This document shows positions 1 to 11,900 of a DNA stretch of 64,000 nucleotides, piece by piece. The number at the start of each line of letters is the position of its first letter. Position 1 is the first letter of the stretch. The notes under the pieces were generated by a model, which saw nothing but the letters and a program-made list of their open reading frames with translations, was not told the DNA's origin and did not search any database. The stretch lies in assembly GCA_039621445.1 (NCBI GenBank), contig CP154954.1, positions 37,185,703 through 37,249,702 of the forward strand. Direction: 5' to 3'. The stretch is from Euglena gracilis. Lineage: Eukaryota. The position numbers and the translations under genes were made by a program.

Positions 1-3000
1 GTCCCCATACCTGGGCCTATGGGAAACCGTGATTTGGCCCTAAAACTGGAAACCGATTGGTGGTTCCCATTGAGATCCCCGGTATAGCTATTCCGATGTG
101 CCGGCCGGATTAGTGCCTACGGGTGTGAAAAACATGCGGATATCAAAAACTAGCCAGATATCGACAGTTTTGGAGGGGTGGAAGACGGCCCCAAATGTCA
201 GTACAGCCTGGTCCCCATACCTGGGCCGATGGGAAACCGTCATTTGGCCCTAAAACTGGAAACCGATTGGTGGTTCCCATTGAGATCCCCGGTATAGCTA
301 TTCCGATGTGCCGGCCGGATTAGTGCCTACGGGTGTGAAAAACATGCGGATATCAAAAAACTAGCCAGATATCGACAGTTTTGGAGGGGTGGAAGACGGC
401 CCCAAATGTCAGTACAGCCTGGTCCCCATACCTGGGCCGATGGGAAACCGTGATTTGGCCCTAAAACTGGAAACCGATTGGTGGTTCCCATTGAGATCCC
501 CGGTAGAGCTATTCTGATGTGCGGCCGGAGTAGTGCCTACCGGTGTGAAAACATGCGGATATTAAAAAACTAGCCAGATATCGACAGTTTTGGAGGGTGG
601 AAGACGGCCCCAAATGTCAGTACAGCCTGGTCCCCATACCTGGGCCGATGGGAAACCGTCATTTGGCCCTAAAACTGGAAACCGATTGGTGGTTCCCATT
701 GAGATCCCCGGTATAGCTATTCCGATGTGCCGGCCGGATTAGTGCCTACGGGTGTGAAAAACGTGCGGATATCAAAAATCTAGCCAGATATCGACAGTGG
801 AAGACGGCCCCAAATGTCAGTACAGCCTGGTCCCCATACCTGGGCCTATGGGAAACCGTGATTTGGCCCTAAAACTGGAAACCGATTGGTGGTTCCCATT
901 GAGATCCCCGGTATAGCTATTCCGATGTGCCGGCCGGATTAGTGCCTACGGGTGTGAAAACATGCGGATATCAAAAAACTAGCCAGATATCGACAGTTTT
1001 GGAGGGGTGGAAGACGGCCCCAAATGTCAGTACAGCCTGGTCCCCATACCTGGGCCTATGGGAAACCGTCATTTGGCCCTAAAACTGGAAACCGATTGGT
1101 GGTTCCCATTGAGATCCCCGGTATAGCTATTCCGATGTGCCGGCCGGATTAGTGCCTACGGGTGTGAAAAACATGCGGATATCAAAAAACTAGCCAGATA
1201 TCGACAGTTTTGGAGGGGTGGAAGACGGCCCCAAATGTCAGTACAGCCTGGTCCCCATACCTGGGCCTATGGGAAACCGTCATTTGGCCCTAAAACTGGA
1301 AACCGATTGGTGGTTCCCATTGAGATCCCCGGTATAGCTATTCCGATGTGCCGGCCGGATTAGTGCCTACGGGTGTGAAAAACATGCGGATATCAAAAAA
1401 CTAGCCAGATATCGACAGTTTTGGAGGGGTGGAAGACGGCCCCAAATGTCAGTACAGCCTGGTCCCCATACCTGGGCCTATGGGAAACCGTCATTTGGCC
1501 CTAAAACTGGAAACCGATTGGTGGTTCCCATTGAGATCCCCGGTATAGCTATTCCGATGTGCCGGCCGGATTAGTGCCTACGGGTGTGAAAAACATGCGG
1601 ATATCAAAAAGCTAGCCAGATATCGACAGTTTTGGAGGGGTGGAAGACGGCCCCAAATGTCAGTACAGCCTGGTCCCCATACCTGGGCCTATGGGAAACC
1701 GTCATTTGGCCCTAAAACTGGAAACCGATTGGTGGTTCCCATTGAGATCCCCGGTATAGCTATTCCGATGTGCCGGCCGGATTAGTGCCTACGGGTGTGA
1801 AAAACATGCGGATATCAAAAAACTAGCCAGATATCGACAGTTTTGGAGGGGTGGAAGACGGCCCCAAATGTCAGTACAGCCTGGTCCCCATACCTGGGCC
1901 TATGGGAAACCGTGATTTGGCCCTAAAACTGGAAACCGATTGGTGGTTCCCATTGAGATCCCCGGTATAGCTATTCCGATGTGCCGGCCGGATTAGTGCC
2001 TACGGGTGTGAAAAACATGCGGATATCAAAAAGCTAGCCAGATATCGACAGTTTTGGAGGGGTGGAAGACGGCCCCAAATGTCAGTACAGCCTGGTCCCC
2101 ATACCTGGGCCTATGGGAAACCGTGATTTGGCCCTAAAACTGGAAACCGATTGGTGGTTCCCATTGAGATCCCCGGTATAGCTATTCCGATGTGCCGGCC
2201 GGATTAGTGCCTACGGGTGTGAAAAACATGCGGATATCAAAAAACTAGCCAGATATCGACAGTTTTTGGAGGGGTGGAAGACGGCCCCAAATGTCAGTAC
2301 AGCCTGGTCCCCATACCTGGGCCTATGGGAAACCGTCATTTGGCCCTAAAACTGGAAACCGATTGGTGGTTCCCATTGAGATCCCCGGTATAGCTATTCC
2401 GATGTGCCGGCCGGATTAGTGCCTACGGGTGTGAAAAACATGCGGATATCAAAAACTAGCCAGATATCGACAGTTTTGGAGGGGTGGAAGACGGCCCCAA
2501 ATGTCAGTACAGCCTGGTCCCCATACCTGGGCCATGGGAAACCGTGATTTGGCCCTAAAACTGGAAACCGATTGGTGGTTCCCATTGAGATCCCCGGTAT
2601 AGCTATTCCGATGTGCCGGCCGGATTAGTGCCTACGGGTGTGAAAAACATGCGGATATCAAAAACTAGCCAGATATCGACAGTTTTGGAGGGGTGGAAGA
2701 CGGCCCCAAATGTCAGTACAGCCTGGTCCCCATACCTGGGCCCATGGGAAACCGTGATTTGGCCCTAAAACTGGAAACCGATTGGTGGTTCCCATTGAGA
2801 TCCCCGGTATAGCTATTCCGATGTGCCGGCCGGATTAGTGCCTACGGGTGTGAAAAACATGCGGATATCAAAAAACTAGCCAGATATCGACAGTTTTGGA
2901 GGGGTGGAAGACGGCCCCAAATGTCAGTACAGCCTGGTCCCCATACCTGGGCCCATGGGAAACCGTGATTTGGCCCTAAAACTGGAAACCGATTGGTGGT

Positions 3001-4504
3001 TCCCATTGAGATCCCCGGTATAGCTATTCCGATGTGCCGGCCGGATTAGTGCCTACGGGTGTGAAAAACATGCGGATATCAAAAAGCTAGCCAGATATCG
3101 ACAGTTTTGGAGGGGTGGAAGACGGCCCCAAATGTCAGTACAGCCTGGTCCCCATACCTGGGCCTATGGGAAACCGTCATTTGGCCCTAAAACTGGAAAC
3201 CGATTGGTGGTTCCCATTGAGATCCCCGGTATAGCTATTCCGATGTGCCGGCCGGATTAGTGCCTACGGGTGTGAAAAACATGCGGATATCAAAAAGCTA
3301 GCCAGATATCGACAGTTTTGGAGGGGTGGAAGACGGCCCCAAATGTCAGTACAGCCTGGTCCCCATACCTGGGCCTATGGGAAACCGTCATTTGGCCCTA
3401 AAACTGGAAACCGATTGGTGGTTCCCATTGAGATCCCCGGTATAGCTATTCCGATGTGCCGGCCGGATTAGTGCCTACGGGTGTGAAAAACATGCGGATA
3501 TCAAAAAGCTAGCCAGATATCGACAGTTTTGGAGGGGTGGAAGACGGCCCCAAATGTCAGTACAGCCTGGTCCCCATACCTGGGCCTATGGGAAACCGTC
3601 ATTTGGCCCTAAAACTGGAAACCGATTGGTGGTTCCCATTGAGATCCCCGGTATAGCTATTCCGATGTGCCGGCCGGATTAGTGCCTACGGGTGTGAAAA
3701 ACATGCGGATATCAAAAAGCTAGCCAGATATCGACAGTTTTGGAGGGGTGGAAGACGGCCCCAAATGTCAGTACAGCCTGGTCCCCATACCTGGGCCTAT
3801 GGGAAACCGTCATTTGGCCCTAAAACTGGAAACCGATTGGTGGTTCCCATTGAGATCCCCGGTATAGCTATTCCGATGTGCCGGCCGGATTAGTGCCTAC
3901 GGGTGTGAAAACATGCGGATATCAAAAAACTAGCCAGATATCGACAGTTTTGGAGGGGTGGAAGACGGCCCCAAATGTCACTACAGCCTGCTCCCCATAC
4001 CTGGGCCTATGGGAAACCATGAATTGGCCCTAAAACTGGAAACCGATTGGTGGTTCCCATTGCGATCCCCGGTGTAGCTATTCCGATGTGCCGGCCGGAT
4101 TAGTGCCTACGGGTGTGAAAAACATGCGGATATCAAAAAACTAGCCAGATATCGACAGTTTTGGAGGGGTGGAAGACGGCCCCAAATGTCACTACAGCCT
4201 GCTCCCCATACCTGGGCCTATGGGAAACCGTGACTTGGCCCTACAACTGGAAACCGATTGGTGGTTCCCAATGCGATCCCCGGTGTAGCTATTCCGACGT
4301 GCCGGCCGGATTAGTGCCTACGGGTGTGAAAAACATGCGGATACCAAGAAACTAGCCAGATATCGACAGTTTTGGAGGGGTGGAAGACGGCCCCAAATGT
4401 CACTACAGCCTGCTCCCCATACCTGGGCCTATGGGAAACCGTGAATTGGCCCTAAAACTGGAAACCGATTGGTGGTTCCCATTGCGATCCCCGGTGTAGC
4501 TATT
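1..4504. repeat. Tandem satellite array, ~210-211 bp monomer, ~21 copies (open at the window start)
   Basis: GTCCCCATACCTGGGCC recurs at 1, 211, 422, 630, 830, 1040, 1251, 1462 and onward. Units are nearly identical. The array stops abruptly at ...GTAGCTATT (4504), where an LTR begins. Confidence 0.98.
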
Positions 4505-4932
4505 AGTGTACGTCCAAAGCTTTCCCTTTTCCCATTTTTGGGACTTTCTGTAAAAGCCTTTCGCTTTCGCCTTGGTGCGCAGCCTACATATGGTAGGGAA
4601 AAGTCTTTGGAGTAACGAAAAGTGGTTTTCCCCTTTTCTTCCCAATTCTCCAAGAAGCAAAGCACAAAGCAAAGATTCAGAAGTTTCTTCTGAGATCAAG
4701 TTCGATTGTTCTGAGGGTTTTTCCCTCTGACAAAACCAATGGTCAATCTTTGGAAGAATGACAGTGAAGAATACCGCCTGTGGTGGAAGGAGAGAAAAGT
4801 GCTGACGTGTCCAGGGGCAGATCCCAGAAGGGTCTGCCACGATCCTACCAGCTGTGGTTTTCCACAGTGGTGCGACCGTCACAGAACCCTCTCTGCAGAT
4901 ATCCTACAGAGCTGGGACGTGCCTGGTACACA
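4505..4932 (-). repeat. 3' LTR of copy 1 (428 bp, TGTGTAC...GTACACT on -)
   Basis: Reverse complement of 15741-16168 and 32057-32484. Adjacent to the PPT. Confidence 0.95.
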
Positions 4933-4942
4933 TCCCCCTCCC
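4933..4942 (-). promoter_or_regulatory. Polypurine tract of copy 1
   Basis: GGGAGGGGGA on - immediately before the 3' LTR, identical to 32047-32056. Confidence 0.85.
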
Positions 4943-5822
4943 AGGGCTACGCCCGATTTCCTTCATGGACCAGGGTTTCCCAGTCCAGTCAGGATATCTG
5001 ACGCTGCCCCAGGTGGGGTTCACTTCTTCATTCGGTGTCTCTCCTTTCCGCACAGTGGCATCCACCCAAAGCCCAAAAACGCGCAAAAGGTTAGCCGCGT
5101 TTCGCGGTTACCTATTAGCCGTTTTGGCTTTGGTGGGGTGTGAAAAAGCCCACTGTGGGAAACGGGGCTTGGCAGGTTTCCTGTCAAAGTGTCCCATCCA
5201 CCCACTTTGGGTGTGCCAAAGGCACGCGGGGTTGGTCAAGCAATTCGCTGAAATCCCCAGGGGAGAGGTGTGGAAGGGGCGGGGCAGGCTCCTATCCTGG
5301 TCATACCCGGATAGGGCTCCTAGGCGGTCTTATCAGCACTAGGAAACAAAAGCCTACTTACAAAACCGACTGCCGGCGACAGCTTTGCGGGGGTGGGGGG
5401 AAAGTAGGGTGGAGAGGGGGGCTGGCTTAGGCCAGAACAGAATTTTTGCTGTCTGGCAGCCTTAAGGGCCTTAGGGCCGAAAAGTGACAAGTTGGCCTAT
5501 TATTACGGCGTGCGCGCTGTGTGCTGTGCGTCACTTAGCGGCTTGCCAGGTTTCACGGCTGCCAAGGTCTTCACAGCAGTAGCTTCTTCACGACGCAATA
5601 AGAGGCGATTACCTCTTGCGGACGGTTTCCGTCCGCATGGCCATTTGCAGAGGGGGGCTGTTGGCGGGGGGGGGGGGGGGGCTCTCGGATGCTTCCATCC
5701 AGAGCGTAGGGTGCCACAGACCCAGGTTCATCCCAGGGCTGTTCAGCGATTTCCGCTACCAAAGTATATATATATATATATGTATAGTATATGGATGTCC
5801 AGGCTCCATGAAGGCACTTACC

Positions 5823-8800
5823 TTACATGAGCCTGGTAATGCCGTTTCGGCATTGCATCCGTTCCAGCCGCCAATAATCATGGCGGGAGTCCAAGGGATC
5901 TTCCACAAGGACCATCTGGAATTGTGGTGGTGGTGGCCTATCTACGAGCCAGGTTTCTGGCGATTCGTATTCGAAATCAGGTGCCACCCAGTCCCGAACC
6001 CATCCTTCGGGGACTGTGTGCTTGGTTGCACTCGCTCTTTCCGCGAGGAACCATTGCAGCTTCTCCCAGAATTTCCTGGGCAGAGTGGCTGGCCAGATGA
6101 AGTGATTCATCCGTGGGTGATTGGCTGACACCTGCGGGGCATTCCCCGGGTGGAAGTCAATCGGCATGTGATACGCACATTCCGCGCGGACTGTATGGGG
6201 TCGTAATACGGCCCCAAGCCAGTCTTTCCAGGTCATCCCGTGTTCTTCGGGTGGCCTTGTGGCAGGCACCAGCGACCGTTTCGGTCCTGGGTTGTGAACA
6301 GGCGGAAAAATATATTTTCCCTGTCCGCTGTCTCCCAGAGGTAAGGTAATATTACCCCTGCTTCCTCAGCAGCGAGGCGTATCGCCCCACTGTCGATCTG
6401 CCACCCACGGGCCATTCCCGTGTGGCGGTAGTCGTCCAGCTTGAGGTTGGAGTACTTGAAAAAATCCTTGTACTTTTTGTTCAAGGTGGAGTATTCCTCC
6501 AGTGGCTTCTCGGCACTTGGCACTATTGTGCGTACTGCGCCTTCCGCAGCGTGCCAGAAGGTACCTCGAAGGCAGTTGACGCAGAGTATCGGTACATTCG
6601 TACCGTCTCGTTCGGTGTAGCTAAAATTGTGCTTGTGGGTCCAACTGTCCACGCACTTGGCGCATACCAAGGCGGCACAGTTGGGGATGTATACATCCTT
6701 GTGGAACGATTTCCGATCCACAGGGTTGCACACATGGACGAGGGGTAATCCCAGGTCAGGTGCACTGTTATACATCTTGTGGCACACAGTGCAAAGCCAC
6801 ACAAAACGGTTTTCCGTTGTTTTGTCGATGAGGAATTCCTCACCGAAGTATTGGGCCAAAACACGGGGGGATCTGGATTCACGTTCTGATCAAAGGTCCA
6901 TTTTCGGCCCTGACAGAACAGTGGCTCAATCCACCGGTTGAGGAATTGCTGTGTCCTCAGTTTGTGGTCGATCATCATGTACCTGTTTTTCAGGTCATGA
7001 ATCTCAGGATCATCCTGATTGACTGCGTTCCAGTCGATGATAACTTCGTCTTCCGGAGGTGTCTCGGCTGATGAGGCGCGGGATTTTCCCTGCCACTTTG
7101 ACGAAGGTTTCGGCTGTGAGGTTTTCCCATAGCCGGATGATGTGACGTGCGTGAATCCTTGTCCCGAGGTTAATCCACGAGAAGAGGATGCAGCACTCTG
7201 GCCGCCAGCACCACCACCGCCTTTCCGTGGAGGCTGATCACCAGATCTCGGTGCGGGCTTACAAGGTGCGGCGCCCGGCTTTGATTTTGCCGGGGCCTTC
7301 GGGCTGCCGGTTTCCGGAGCACCCGAGGGCCGCCGATCGGCGTCGCGTTTGCTTGCCCAGGTGCGTGGTGACGCTTGGGACGGGGGTCGTCTCCCCGATA
7401 CCGAGCGTCGTTGACCCCCAGCAGGGGTTTCCTGGGCTGAGGGTTGTCCTACGCGTTCCCTCGCAGCTTCCGTGGGTTTCCCAGGGGCAGCCGTGGGGGA
7501 TGGTGTGGGTGTAGGCTCGGCCGGCACTGTTCGTACTGGTTGAGCCTGTGGTGGGGGCATGGACGTCCGCTTGGCCTGCTTTTCAGGCGCCGGTGTCCGT
7601 GTGCCCGGATGCTTTGGTGCAGTGGCTATGGCTGTGCGCTGAGGTGCGGGTTTATCCCGTGTCTCGGCTGGCGCTACCGGTGCTGATACAGGTTCATCCT
7701 GTACCGGCACGGTTGTTGTTGTCTCCACTGCCATTGCTGTCTGTTCGCCTTCCTTCCGTGACGCTTCCGACACCGGCGGTGGCGCCGCCGCTGGGGGAGG
7801 CTCATCCTCCACCATGGCTGTTGTGTCATGTGTGTCTTCTGTCGGCTGGGCAGCTTCCGCCGCAGCCGTGGAAGAACTGGCAGCAGTGCCACGTGGAGTG
7901 ACAACTGCGATCAGGGACCGCAACCCACCGAGTACGCGTCCGCCCAGCGAGGTGCGCCGTTCCTCACCTGAAGTGGGCTCCTCGGCTGGCTCCTCTGTTA
8001 ACGGGGTTTCCCCGGGAACAGGGAGCTTGAGGCGTAATACCTCAGGCGTGTGGGGCACCGTCTCCGGCGGGTTTTTCCGCGGAGGGGTCGGTCTTCCCGT
8101 CGTACCCAGTGAGGCTGGCGACAGTGGGACAGGCGTCATTTCACCTGTCGGCGATCCTGGGCGCTGGGCAGTTTCTGCCACAGTGTCCAGCATCACGACC
8201 GATGGGCTACAGGTTTCCCGTGACGGGGGTTCCGCTGGCTGAGGTTCATCCTCGGCCATAGGGACCTCTTCCTCCTCCTCCTCCGCTTCCGGAGGGGAGT
8301 CCTCTGTGTGGAGTTGTGCTGCAGTACGCGGGTCATTTCCGCTTCTGTAGCACCCTTGTGCATCTGACAGGCGGTAAAAGCTTAAACCTTCACTTCTGTC
8401 AGAGTTGGGGTATGGGGGCGGCCACAACGCTCTCACCCAGCTTCCGGGTGGAGGTTGTGGCTCGTCGTCGTCGATCAGGCAGAGGTCTTCCCACTGCTGT
8501 CGACAATTCTCAGTCACGCCGTACTCTCCTAGCTCTTCAAGGAAAGCAGGCAGCGGCAATACGCATAACCCGGCTCATCGTCTCCGCCGTGCGGTGGATC
8601 ATCACACCCACATACGGTGGGAGGCGACGAGAGCCTGATGGCTGAGATGGCCGCGCTTCCGCGGGCATCGAGGTCATCTTGCTACTGCTGCTGGCTTGAG
8701 GGTTTCCCTGAGCCGCAGTCCGTGCAGGTGACTGTGTACCGTATCGGTACGCATACTGGTCAGGTTGAGGGTGAGTGGTGGGGTGGTAAGGCGGTCCTCC

Positions 8801-8827
8801 GCCTGGCTCCCTTCCACCGGGCAGCAT
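5823..8827 (-). pseudogene. Extra ORF3 of copy 1 (internally deleted, frameshifted), including the 8-Cys finger at 6572-6793
   Basis: ORF pieces 8537-8827, 6523-8559, 6233-6859 and 5823-6269 align to copy 2 ORF3. Lacks ~2.4 kb (copy 2 about 26022-28425). Confidence 0.85.
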
Positions 8828-8990
8828 GATACAGCCCGGGGTCGGTACGGTGGGATGTTGGGGTTGTTGTTTGTAAGGTGTGTAAGGGTAACCGCTTGAG
8901 TATTATTTGCTAAAAAGTCTGCGGAAAGAAAGAATGATAAGAATTAATGATAAAAAGGAAGAGAAAACAACATGGGTTTCCCATGAGTTC

Positions 8991-11900
8991 TCAAAAACTT
9001 GTCATGGAAACATCAATGTTATGCTTCTTGTTCCACAGCTTCCAGTCTTGCTGGACATACCCAACAAAACTGGTTGCTGGCTCCCAAGTGTCCTCCTCGG
9101 GCTCATACCCTCTCCAGCGGACCTTCCAAAGGTGCATACCTTTGTCGATTTTGTGATCGATAATTTTATCGACTACAAAGTCGTCCGTCTCAGGTAGTCT
9201 GGAACGGGGTTTGAAGTGCAGACACGGGATGGGTTTCCCATCCGGTGGCGACAGGTATGGTTTGAAGTCGTCCATATGAACGTCCTCAACACCATTCGGT
9301 AATACAACCTTGTAACGCCCGCTGGTACCTAGTCTTTCTAGGATTTCACAGGGGCCGAGCCAGAGGGGGTCCAGCTTGGAAGACTGCATGCGAGTACGGC
9401 TATTCCGCACCCACACGCGGTCACCGGGACTATACACAGGTGACTTGGAATTCTGCAAAAACGATTTCCGTTTGGTTGCATGAATATCAGTCACGCGCTT
9501 CTGGACTGCAGAACGTAGATTTTCTACTTCCGCAAACCAGGTCTCGCAACTGACACTCGTTCGGGCGGGTCTCTCCGAAGGGACATCCCCTATGGCCGGA
9601 GGTCCCGTCCAAAAACTGATTTATAGGGGGAGTGAGGTAAAACCAACCCTGGTAGGGTATTGATATAAAACAAAGACCATGGTAGAACTGATAAACAGTT
9701 GCTGCGCGAGTCAGCCAGTGAAAGGCGAAGCATATTCACTACGGATTTCACGGCTGCCTCGGCTCTACCGTTGCCTTTGGGTCGGTATATATTGGAAAAA
9801 TGTTGCTCGATTCCGAGTAAACCGCACAAAGTGGTGAAAAACCTTGAAGAAATCAAATGGTCTTGATCAATCACGATTTCATTCGGTAAACCCATTAAGC
9901 AAATGCATTTCTCCAAAAATATAGTTGCCAAACTTTGGGCAGTCAACCCTGACTTCTGGCATGGAATGGCTACAATGTACCCACTCAGCTTGCAGACGAC
10001 AACAAAAACGTAATCGTAAATTTTGTCGAACGTTCATTTGCACGGTTCCAAGTCCAGAAAATCCATGCAGAGGGATGTAAAAATGTCAGGGGGTACGGGG
10101 AAAAAGTCCGTCGTACCAGGGGGGGTACCTCTGCGGGGTTTTACCGCTTGACAAATTTGACACCGTTGCGCTATTCGCAAACAGCGTGAGTAAAGCTCTT
10201 TCTCGCTCAGGGTTGTGCAATATCTGCGGCCCACCAACGAAAGAAGTTTGGGGGCCCCAGGGTGACCATGGTTGTGATAACACAAAATCACATCATCAAC
10301 CAGGTCCTGGGGAATACAATATTTGCAACCCGATTCATTGCGAAAAACCAACCGTAAAGGTGAAAGAGTGTAATTGTCCAGCACTTCGCCATTACGAAGT
10401 CTGGTGACAATGGTGTCATACACCGGGTCACGACTATAATCCCATTCGCGAAAGAACAGTGGGGAAGGGGACTCCGTGCGTGTAATACGCCGGGGTCCGG
10501 ACGTGCTTCCACGTCGGCGCCTTCCGCGCACTGGTGCGACCAGGAATAGTTGTGAAACGGGAAAAGAATCCAAAAGATTATCCGCAGCGTCGTTTCGACG
10601 TCCGTATTCGTCAGCTTCCTGACTTCAATGAAAAGTCGCGTCTCCCTCATCCGGGTTCCCAGGGTAATACTAAGGGGCCCGACTGAGCGGATCCGCTACT
10701 TTTTGTGCGTGACCAGGGGTAAAAATAACCACAAGTTTGAATTGACTCAAGAACTCATGCCATCTGCATCGCCTTCCGACCGATGACATGGCCTTGTTCA
10801 AATCCTCGGTGTACCAGTGTTGGAGACTCTCATGGTCGGTCTTGACGAGGATCTGGACGAGGCTGCTGCCTCCCCAGCTTCGGAATTTCTGGAGTATAAG
10901 CACGATTGCGTAGGTTTCCTTCTCGCGTATACTCCATTTGACTTGACCTTTTCCATCGTCGCCCTGTAACTTTCTGCTGAAGAAAGCCACAGGTCGGAGC
11001 TCATTCGCCGCATTATGCTGGCTAAGAATTCCGCCAACAGCGTAATCGCTGCTGTCGACTTCCAACACGTATGGTTTGTACGGGTCCGCGATTTCGAGGA
11101 CAACATTCTCCAAAAGCAAAACCTTGATTTTCTCAAGGGCCTCGCGCATTTGGTCATCCCAAATGACTTTGGTGTTGTCAGCAGCCCGGTTGTTGAGCTG
11201 TTTGGTGAAGGGCACAGCGATTTTGCGAAGTCCTTCATATAAATCGCGTAGTATTGGGCTAATCCCAAAAATCCTTTGAGGTGTGTAATCGTTTTGATTA
11301 CCTCAGGGGTCCATTTCTTAATGGCTTCGAGTTTACTCGGAGCGGCTTTCCGCTGTCAATTGCTGAGGATGTGACCACAAAATTTTATGAGAATCCGAAA
11401 CAAATGCATTTTCGCGCCTTTCGCGAAAGCACATGTTTTTGAAAAGCGGCTAATACCGCGCAAACATGATGGAAGTGTGTGACGAGGATATCCCCGCTCG
11501 ATTTTGCGGATGGTGGTGGTGTTCCCACCAGCACATCATCGATATACACAATGGCAAACGGTAAATCGCGTAGAACCCATTGTATCATGCGCTGAAACAT
11601 GGCTGGACCATTCTTAACACCCATGGGAAGTACCGTCCATTGGTACACACCCTTGGATGTCACGAATGCGGTGTATGGTTGGGAGTCAGGGTGCAAGTGC
11701 ATTTGGTGAAAACCGTCCTCCAGATCAAAAATTGACCACAACCGGTTTTCCGATTGTTTGGTGATCAAATCCTTGATCAGGGGGAGCGGGAAGGGTTCAT
11801 CCCTTGTTTGGGAGTTCAGGTACCGGTAATCCAGCACCAGTCTCCACTTCTTCTGACCTGAGGGGTCTGGGGGTTTAGGAACAACAAATGCCTGGGATGT

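Noticed and set aside
1-4504. CRISPR array or tandem 5S/SL/snRNA gene cluster
   Set aside because: There are no unique spacers, since whole units repeat. I recognise no 5S, spliced-leader or U snRNA sequence in the monomer.
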